A DNA stretch of 60,764 nt from Bacillota bacterium. GTDB taxonomy: Bacteria; Bacillota; Clostridia; Christensenellales; CAG-138. Positions 54,535 to 60,764 of this stretch are shown in pieces. Under the pieces are notes generated by a model. That model did not search any database. It saw only the letters and a list, made by a program, of their open reading frames with translations, and was not told the origin of the DNA. The DNA lies in assembly GCA_022707005.1 (NCBI GenBank), contig JAKJBL010000001.1, positions 9,454-70,217 on the forward strand, given 5' to 3'. A program made the translations under genes and the position numbers. Every line of letters begins with the position of its first letter. The stretch's first letter is position 1.

Positions 54535-56301
54535 ATGCGTAAAATAAGAATATTTTCTATTGTGTTATGCGCCTTGTTCGCGCTTATGCTTATGCCGCGG
54601 GTTGCGTTTGCAGCAGGCGATGTTGAAATGAGTTTTACAAGTACATCGTTTGCAATAGCAGATAATCAGGCTACCATAAAATTCACAATTACAAATAATA
54701 GCGGTAGTGAACTTACGGTTGAAAATGGAAGTTTTGAAATAGTATCAATGGGAAGACAGCTTCCTCTTGGGTCGAGCAGCCAAATTATTGTTGATGCACC
54801 GGATACAACCTCAAAAATCGAAGATAAGAAAAGCGCTAGTTTTACGCTTGTCTTGACTGATATAAGAGCAAGCGAAGGCAGCTATACAATGTTGATTAAA
54901 GCAAAAGACAATGTTGGAGTTATTGCATTTAACACATGCTATCTAACTAAAGACGACTCCGGGGCTGTTGACCCGCCAAAACCCGAAACCCCTGAAGATG
55001 CTTTGGCAGCGCTTATGCTTGCATCAGTTGGGCAGGATGGCTCGGTTGTGCCAGCGCCAAAGGGCAACGCGGGTGAGCGCATAAGGCTCAGGCTGCCTTT
55101 TTTCAACCGCTCAGCTGCACCTCTAAGCAATATTTTAGTTACGCCTCAGTTAAGCGCAAGCCTTGATGCGTTCCCGTTTGAAATTGAGGCTGTCGACTAT
55201 ACGGCAAGGCTTGGCGATATGCGCGGGGGCGAAATTCGCGAGCTTGCCTATGACCTTAAACTCTCAAAAAATGTTACATCAGGCGTAAAGGAAGTCAAGT
55301 TCAACGCAATTTACTACAACAACACAAAGGGCGGCTACGAAACTGCGACAGTTTCTGCTTTTGTTACTGTTGTGAAAGGTGCTTCGGGCATTCAAACAGA
55401 TGAAGACGGAAAGCTTGTTGTTACCATACCCAAGCTTACGATAGAAGCGTACAGCATTAAACCCGAAAACGAACAGGATGCTGTTACAGGCAGGCTTTTT
55501 GCAGGCGAAGCATTCCTGCTTGAACTTACATTGCGCAACAACTCTCTTGATGAGGCTGTTGAAAACATTCAGCTTACGCTTGAAAACGAGGCAGGCGTTA
55601 TACTCCCTGCTGAGGGCGGGAGCAATACTGTGTTTATACGCCGCATAGGAGCAGGGGAAAGCGCGCAAAAGTCCATGAAGTTCCAATCAGCGCCTGATGC
55701 TGAAAGCAAGGCGCATACGCTAAGCGCAAAGCTTGGCTATGAAAGCGGAAAGTCACATAAGAGTTTTGCAACAACAGAAACAATTACGCTTCCAATCTCA
55801 CAGCGCATACGCGTGCGCATAGACGACCCTGTTACATACGGAGACGCGTATGAAAACCAGCCTTCGCCAGTATACTTTAACTTATACAACATGGGCAAAT
55901 CCTCCCTGTATAACTGCATGGTAAATATAGAAGGCGAGGGGCTGCGCATGGAAGAGGGCTTTTTTGGCGGCAATGTCGGCCCCGGCTCTACAATGCGCGC
56001 TGATTTTAACATAATCCCGTCTGTGCCCGGCGAAATCGCTGCAAATGTAATTGTAACTTACGAAGATGTTTACGGGGTGGAAACGCGTGTTGAAAAGCCG
56101 TTTACCCTATTTGTGCAGGAAGAGTTCAAGCCGGGCCTTGATGAGGATATCTTCAACCCGATGCCTGAGAAGCCGCTCCCATCAAGAGGCTTAAGCCCAC
56201 TTCTAATTATAGGCGGAGGCGTTTTAGCTGCAGGTGGCACTGCAGCAGGGCTAATTCTAAAAAGACGCAGGCGCCGCAGGAGGGAGCTTGAAGACGCATG
56301 A
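54535..56301 (+). CDS. Secreted, C-terminally membrane-anchored protein with repeated CARDB/Ig-like beta-sandwich segments
   Basis: It has a signal peptide (MRKIRIFSIVLCALFALMLMPRVAFA). Repeated N-x-G/S...N...L patterns occur (ITNNSGSELTVENG, LRNNSLDEAVENIQL, LYNMGKSSLYNCMVNIEG). The C-terminus has a TM followed by KRRRRRRR. Confidence 0.5.
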   Translation: MRKIRIFSIVLCALFALMLMPRVAFAAGDVEMSFTSTSFAIADNQATIKFTITNNSGSELTVENGSFEIVSMGRQLPLGSSSQIIVDAPDTTSKIEDKKSASFTLVLTDIRASEGSYTMLIKAKDNVGVIAFNTCYLTKDDSGAVDPPKPETPEDALAALMLASVGQDGSVVPAPKGNAGERIRLRLPFFNRSAAPLSNILVTPQLSASLDAFPFEIEAVDYTARLGDMRGGEIRELAYDLKLSKNVTSGVKEVKFNAIYYNNTKGGYETATVSAFVTVVKGASGIQTDEDGKLVVTIPKLTIEAYSIKPENEQDAVTGRLFAGEAFLLELTLRNNSLDEAVENIQLTLENEAGVILPAEGGSNTVFIRRIGAGESAQKSMKFQSAPDAESKAHTLSAKLGYESGKSHKSFATTETITLPISQRIRVRIDDPVTYGDAYENQPSPVYFNLYNMGKSSLYNCMVNIEGEGLRMEEGFFGGNVGPGSTMRADFNIIPSVPGEIAANVIVTYEDVYGVETRVEKPFTLFVQEEFKPGLDEDIFNPMPEKPLPSRGLSPLLIIGGGVLAAGGTAAGLILKRRRRRRRELEDA

Positions 56302-57626
56302 ACATCCTTGACATGCTCTTAATCGCCTTCATGAACCTATGGAGGCGCAAACTCAGGGCGTTTTTAACTGTGCTCGGCATGGTTATAGGCACTGCGAGCA
56401 TTGTTGTTATGGTGTCTTTAGGTATTGGCATAAACGAGTCCTTCCGCGAAAACTACGAGCGCGCCGGGAGCTTGACAACGATAAACGTAAACAGCTACCG
56501 CATGATTGAAACTAAGGAAAAAGACTCGGGCAAGGTAATCGGCGGCAGAGCTGAAGAAGTTGTGCTAAACGATAAAAGCGTGCAGGCCTTTAAGCGCCTT
56601 AGCGGGGTTGTTGCAGTAATGCCCATGTATGAAACATGGGGCAGCGTAAAGAGCGGGCAATATATAACTGACCTTTCAATACTCGGGGTTGACCTCGAGG
56701 CTGCTGAGGCGTTTGGCTTTAACTTAGCAGAAGGGCGCATGGCCCGGCCAAATACAGGCACAAATTATGAGGTTGTTTTTGGCAGCTGGACTCTTAAGGG
56801 TTTCTACAACCCCAAAACTGGCAAGCAGGCGCTTGACGCTGAGGGCAATTCGCGAATAACCCTTGAACATTCGCGCTTTCAGCTTACATTTGACTGGAGC
56901 AATATTTATGGCGACCAGGGCGGCATGATTCTTCCTGAAGGCGAAACCATTGCAAAGGGCAAATACTACAAGCTAAATGCAGTAGGTGTGCTTTCAGAAG
57001 AAGGGAACAATAACTCATACTATTCTTTAATGGATGTAAATGCGATTAAACGGCTCGCTAAGGAAAACAAGCAATTTATAGGCATAGATACATCAAAATA
57101 CAGCCAGATTTGGGTTAAGTGCGCAGATATAGACGATGTGCTTGCAGTACAGGAGCAAATTATTGAAATGGGGTATGGCGCATACAGCCTGCAGGATGCG
57201 CTTAAGGCAGCGCAGGAAAGCTCAAAGCAGCTCCAAATGCTCCTTGGCGCAATAGGCGGAGTTGCGCTGCTTGTTGCAGCAATCGGCATTATGAACACTA
57301 TGATGATGAGCATTTACGAGCGCACGCGTGAAATCGGCATTATTAAGGTGCTCGGCTGCAGAATGAGCAATATTGCAGGTCTGTTTTTAACAGAGGCAGC
57401 ATATATAGGCTTTTTCGGCGGCGCGCTCGGGCTTGCTTTAAGCTATACGCTCTCGTTTATACTTAACAGGTTTCTGCTTGGCAATGTCGGGCTCTCAAGC
57501 GTTATCCCGCTTTATTTATCTTTGGGTGCGCTCACGTTTTCTGTTTTTGTCGCGCTTATAAGCGGCATGTACCCTGCAATGCGTGCAATGCGCCTTTCAG
57601 CGCTTGCAGCAATCCGAGCCGAATAA
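56298..57626 (+). CDS. ABC transporter permease, FtsX/MacB type with a large extracytoplasmic domain
   Basis: A TM, then a periplasmic domain of about 250 aa, then 3 TM carrying the FtsX motif (REIGIIKVLGCRMSNI). A 4-nt overlap joins it to the upstream gene. Confidence 0.85.
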   Translation: MNILDMLLIAFMNLWRRKLRAFLTVLGMVIGTASIVVMVSLGIGINESFRENYERAGSLTTINVNSYRMIETKEKDSGKVIGGRAEEVVLNDKSVQAFKRLSGVVAVMPMYETWGSVKSGQYITDLSILGVDLEAAEAFGFNLAEGRMARPNTGTNYEVVFGSWTLKGFYNPKTGKQALDAEGNSRITLEHSRFQLTFDWSNIYGDQGGMILPEGETIAKGKYYKLNAVGVLSEEGNNNSYYSLMDVNAIKRLAKENKQFIGIDTSKYSQIWVKCADIDDVLAVQEQIIEMGYGAYSLQDALKAAQESSKQLQMLLGAIGGVALLVAAIGIMNTMMMSIYERTREIGIIKVLGCRMSNIAGLFLTEAAYIGFFGGALGLALSYTLSFILNRFLLGNVGLSSVIPLYLSLGALTFSVFVALISGMYPAMRAMRLSALAAIRAE

Positions 57627-57735
57627 ATCTTAAAATAACTTAAGGCAGCGCCCGCTTTTTGTATGCGGCAGCAATGCCCTTTTATTGTGTTGCCTTAAGG
57701 CTTGTGATATATTGGTATACAAAGGGGGCGTGTAT

Positions 57736-58185
57736 ATGTGGAAGGAATTTAAAGAATTTGCTTTCAAAGGTAATGTTATAGATTTGGCAGTCGGCGTTAT
57801 GATTGGCGCAGCTTTTGGTAAAATCGTTACAAGTGTTGTAAACGATATTTTTATGCCGCTTTTAAGCCCGCTAACAGGCAGCCTCGACTTTTCTTCTCTT
57901 TTTGTAGCAATGGATGGCAACAGCTATGCGACGCTTGCAAAAGCTCAGGAAGCAGGCGCAGCAACGCTTAACTACGGCGCGTTTATTACAACAGTTATTG
58001 ATTTTTTAATTATCGCTCTATGCATATTTTTATTTGTGCGCCTTATTTCAAAGCTGCAGCGCAAAGAATCCGAGGTGCCTGCAGCGCCTGCAGAAGCACG
58101 CAAATGTCCGTTTTGCCAAAGCGAAATTTCGGTTCTTGCAACGCGCTGCCCGCATTGCACTTCTATACTTAACGAGGTTAAATAA
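57736..58185 (+). CDS. mscL: Large-conductance mechanosensitive channel with a C-terminal CxxC...CxxC zinc-ribbon-like tail
   Basis: MWKEFKEFAFKGNVIDLAVGVMIGAAFGKIV is the canonical MscL N-terminus. The tail reads KCPFCQSEISVLATRCPHCTS. ATG at 57736 follows AAAGGGGG; the ORF track uses a TTG at 57685. Confidence 0.85.
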   Translation: MWKEFKEFAFKGNVIDLAVGVMIGAAFGKIVTSVVNDIFMPLLSPLTGSLDFSSLFVAMDGNSYATLAKAQEAGAATLNYGAFITTVIDFLIIALCIFLFVRLISKLQRKESEVPAAPAEARKCPFCQSEISVLATRCPHCTSILNEVK

Positions 58186-58610
58186 TGCTTTTTGATTATT
58201 TCAATAACGGGTATCTCTACAAAGAAGACTGGAACTGTTCAGAACATATGGTAGCAGGCGCTAATTACGCCTATAAGCTCGGGCTTGATGAAAAGGCAAT
58301 AAAGCTTGCAGCAGGCTTTGGGGGCGGCATGGCAATAGGGAGCATTTGCGGCGCGCTTACAGGCGCAATAATGGTGCTTGGAGTGCTCTTTGTTAAAGAG
58401 CGCGCGCATGAAAGCGACAAAATTAAAGTGCTTGCAAAAGAACTTTTTGAGCGCTACAAGCAAAGCATGGGCGACATTGACTGCCTGCCCTTAAAAGATA
58501 AATACAGAACCGAACAAATCAGATGCAGACTGGTTATTCTTGAAGCTGCGCGCATACTCGATGATATAATAGCTCGCGAGCTGCCTGGCTTCGTTGCAAA
58601 ACTTGGGTGA
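58185..58610 (+). CDS. C_GCAxxG_C_C family protein
   Basis: 141 aa. NCSEH..., GGGMAIGSICGALTGAIMVLG, and downstream conserved Cys residues (DIDC, IRC) fit the family pattern. Confidence 0.7.
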   Translation: MLFDYFNNGYLYKEDWNCSEHMVAGANYAYKLGLDEKAIKLAAGFGGGMAIGSICGALTGAIMVLGVLFVKERAHESDKIKVLAKELFERYKQSMGDIDCLPLKDKYRTEQIRCRLVILEAARILDDIIARELPGFVAKLG

Positions 58611-58672
58611 ATCTGTTATTCTAATTAAACCCGCAGGCAATGCCTCGGAAGTTTAAAAAGGGTCGGTTAACT

Positions 58673-59902
58673 ATGAAAAACGCATTTGATATTTTAGACG
58701 AGCGCGGCTTTATAAAACAAGCCTCGCACCCTGAAGAACTGCGCGCACTTATGGGAAGAGAAAGCATAACCTTTTACATAGGTTATGACCCAACTGCGGA
58801 TAGTCTCCATGTAGGGCATTATGTGCAGCTTATGGCAATGGCACACATGCAGCGTGCAGGCCATAAGCCGATTGCTCTGCTTGGCGGGGGCACGACAATG
58901 ATTGGCGACCCCTCAGGCAAAACCGATATGCGCCGCATGATGACTCAAGAAGAAATAGCAAATAACGCTGCCCGCTATCAGGTTCAAATGTCAAGGCTTT
59001 TGGAGTTTGGCGAGGGCAAAGCGCAAATTGCAAACAATGCGGACTGGCTGCTTCCGCTAAACTTCCTCGAGTTTATGCGCGAAATCGGAGTGCTGTTTTC
59101 CGTAAACCGCATGCTTGCAGCTGATTGTTATAAAAACCGGCTTGAAGAAGGGCTGACGTTCTTTGAAATGGGCTATATGCTCATGCAAAGTTACGACTTT
59201 TTGCATCTTAACCGCGAGTTTAACTGTGTGCTTCAAATGGGCGGGGATGACCAGTGGAGCAATATACTTGCAGGAGCTGATTTAATAAGGCGCAAGGAGC
59301 AGCGGCCTGCATACGCGCTTACATGCGCGCTTTTAACAACAAGCGACGGAAGAAAAATGGGCAAGACCGAAAAGGGCGCTCTTTGGCTTGATAAAGAAAA
59401 ATGCTCGGTTTTTGATTTTTATCAATATTGGCGCAATGTAGATGATGAAGACGTTGAGCGCTGCCTGTCGCTTTTGACTTTTATCCCAATGGCTGAAATA
59501 CATAAAATGTGCGCGCAAAAGGACGAAAGAATAAACAACGCAAAGCGCAGGCTTGCGTTTGAGCTTACAAGCCAGGTGCATGGCGAAGTTGAGGCGCAGC
59601 GCGCAATGGACGCAGCTGAAGCGCTCTTTACAGGTGCAGGCGATTTAGAACACATGCCTACGCTGGAATTAACAGAGGCAGATATAGAAAGCTCAGGGCT
59701 TCGCATCCCGGATTTGCTCGTTTTAGGCAAGCTCGCAAAATCCAAAAGCGATGCAAGAAGGCTTATAGAAAGCGGAGCTGTGTTTATTGACTCAATTGCA
59801 GTAGAAGATTTTTCAAAAACGCTTAATAAGGCGCAGCTTGAAGGTGACGGCGTTATTTTGCAAAAAGGCAAAAAGGGTTTTTTGCGGGTGCGGCTTAGCT
59901 GA
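58673..59902 (+). CDS. tyrS: Tyrosine--tRNA ligase
   Basis: GYDPTADSLHVGHY (HIGH), KMGKT (KMSKS), and a C-terminal S4-like domain. The start is at the ATG at 58673 (MKNAFDILDERGF). Confidence 0.95.
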   Translation: MKNAFDILDERGFIKQASHPEELRALMGRESITFYIGYDPTADSLHVGHYVQLMAMAHMQRAGHKPIALLGGGTTMIGDPSGKTDMRRMMTQEEIANNAARYQVQMSRLLEFGEGKAQIANNADWLLPLNFLEFMREIGVLFSVNRMLAADCYKNRLEEGLTFFEMGYMLMQSYDFLHLNREFNCVLQMGGDDQWSNILAGADLIRRKEQRPAYALTCALLTTSDGRKMGKTEKGALWLDKEKCSVFDFYQYWRNVDDEDVERCLSLLTFIPMAEIHKMCAQKDERINNAKRRLAFELTSQVHGEVEAQRAMDAAEALFTGAGDLEHMPTLELTEADIESSGLRIPDLLVLGKLAKSKSDARRLIESGAVFIDSIAVEDFSKTLNKAQLEGDGVILQKGKKGFLRVRLS

Positions 59903-60531
59903 TGGAGGCATACCGCACAATATACAGCGAAGCAAGCGTTGAGCTTATAATACGAAAATCGCGCTTTATTGGTCAATGCATACCTGTTAGCAACGAGAGC
60001 AGCGCAAAAGAGGCTCTTGAAAGCATAAAAAAGAAGTATTGGAACGCAAGCCACAACCCCTTTGCGTACAGCCTCAGGCAGCCTATAAAAACAGCGCGCT
60101 ATAGCGATGACGGCGAGCCTGCAGGAACCGCAGGGCTGCCTATTCTCAAGGTTATAAACAACAGGGGGCTTTTTGACCTTATTGTAGTGGTTACAAGGTA
60201 TTTTGGCGGTGTGCTGCTTGGAGCAGGCGGCTTAGTCAGGGCGTATGCTTTAGCTGCAGGCGCTGCGCTTGATGAAGCGGGGCTTGTTGAAATGAAGCCG
60301 TGCGAAAGGTTAAAGGCTAAAATGAGCTATTCTGAGTATGCTGCGCTTGAAGCGCTTATAAAAACAGAAGCTGCCCTTATAAATGCGGAATTTGGCGAGG
60401 GCGTAAGCGTTGAAGTGAGCATACCAAAAGAAAAGTCCGCTGCCTTTATTGAGCTTCTGCTTGAGCGGACTGACGGAAGGGTAAAGGCTTTACCGATTAG
60501 CGACTGTTTAGGCGCATTTAGACTTAACTAA
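59902..60531 (+). CDS. yigZ: YigZ/IMPACT (UPF0029) family protein
   Basis: IRKSRFIGQCIPV...KKKYWNASHNPFAY...DDGEPAGTAGLPIL is the UPF0029 signature. Its start overlaps the tyrS stop by 1 nt. Confidence 0.8.
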   Translation: MEAYRTIYSEASVELIIRKSRFIGQCIPVSNESSAKEALESIKKKYWNASHNPFAYSLRQPIKTARYSDDGEPAGTAGLPILKVINNRGLFDLIVVVTRYFGGVLLGAGGLVRAYALAAGAALDEAGLVEMKPCERLKAKMSYSEYAALEALIKTEAALINAEFGEGVSVEVSIPKEKSAAFIELLLERTDGRVKALPISDCLGAFRLN

Positions 60532-60588
60532 GCTGAGCGATTTGCACAAGGCTGTGCAGTAAATAATCACAACGAGGAGGTATGCGAT

Positions 60589-60764
60589 ATGGAAATCACA
60601 ATAACCAGGACAACGGCTCCCAAGGCAAAGCCGGACGAGAGCAAAATGGGCTTTGGCAGACTCTTTTCAGACCACATGTTCATAATGGAATATGAAGACG
60701 GCAAGGGTTGGTTTAATCCACGTATTCAGCCGTATCAGCCGCTTTTAATTGACCCTGCCTCGCC
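60589..60764 (+). CDS. ilvE: Branched-chain amino acid aminotransferase, N-terminal fragment (continues beyond the window)
   Basis: ATG at 60589 lies 8 nt after GAGGAGG. It translates to MEITITRTTAPKAKPDESKMGFGRLFSDHMFIMEYEDGKGWFNPRIQPYQPLLIDPAS, a typical class IV IlvE N-terminus. It is not in the ORF track because no stop falls in the window. Confidence 0.75.
   Translation, partial: MEITITRTTAPKAKPDESKMGFGRLFSDHMFIMEYEDGKGWFNPRIQPYQPLLIDPAS

Noticed and set aside
58611-58672. T-box leaders upstream of tyrS (and cysS at 5419-5599)
   Set aside because: The intergenic spaces, at 62 nt and about 180 nt (with a promoter only about 25 nt before the cysS ATG), are too short for a T-box, and no T-box sequence is visible.
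1-60764. Mobile elements, prophage, CRISPR arrays, tRNA/rRNA genes and defence islands
   Set aside because: I scanned the ORF list and the intergenic regions and found none of the following: transposase, integrase or recombinase-like ORFs; direct-repeat/spacer arrays; cloverleaf-sized conserved RNA segments; long terminal repeats. The window appears to be core chromosome.

Overview
This 60.8 kb window looks like chromosomal DNA from a spore-forming, strictly anaerobic Firmicute (Clostridia-like). The evidence is spoIIP-gpr, spoIVA and a spoVB-like gene, an Rnf complex, a CpI-type [FeFe] hydrogenase, fhs, a glycyl radical enzyme, and strong GGAGG-type ribosome-binding sites. Gene density is high. 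About 60 CDS have a recognisable family.

In window order the genes are:
- fucU, a DtxR-family regulator and feoAB
- fhs, cysS, a LysE-type exporter
- spoIIP-gpr, and the livJHMGF branched-chain amino acid ABC operon
- spoIVA, and a DUF218/membrane protein/galE operon
- mrp, trxA, a Crp/Fnr regulator
- metF, a MetH activation-domain protein and metH
- a sugar-type locus built around an orphan glycyl radical enzyme (GRE)
- a six-gene DUF5320/DUF134/NifX-like/2x MinD-ferredoxin ATPase/MBL operon
- mgtA, and a split TSUP (TauE-like) transporter with an SsuA-like binding protein
- rnfCDGEAB, with rnfG frameshifted
- DUF1846, an FAD protein, a spoVB-like flippase, hydA
- an ABC/CARDB-like/FtsX module, mscL, tyrS, yigZ, and the start of ilvE

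I found no rRNA, tRNA, CRISPR array, transposase, integrase or prophage signature.

The observations most worth a second look:
1. A promoter, a Shine-Dalgarno (SD) site, a 30-codon ORF with 7 AUG codons, and a strong terminator lie directly upstream of metF-metH. This looks like ribosome-mediated methionine attenuation rather than an S-box or T-box.
2. An uncharacterised GRE eliminase operon is translationally coupled to its activase and to an unusual ASKHA protein, in a sugar-catabolic context.
3. A conserved Fe-S/NifX-like operon of unknown function is driven by a perfect consensus promoter.
4. A structured mgtA leader ends in a terminator and does not look like an M-box.
5. A near-consensus Rex box sits in front of rnfC.
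6. rnfG carries a single-nucleotide frameshift.

All family calls come from reading the translated ORFs for motifs. No database search was possible.
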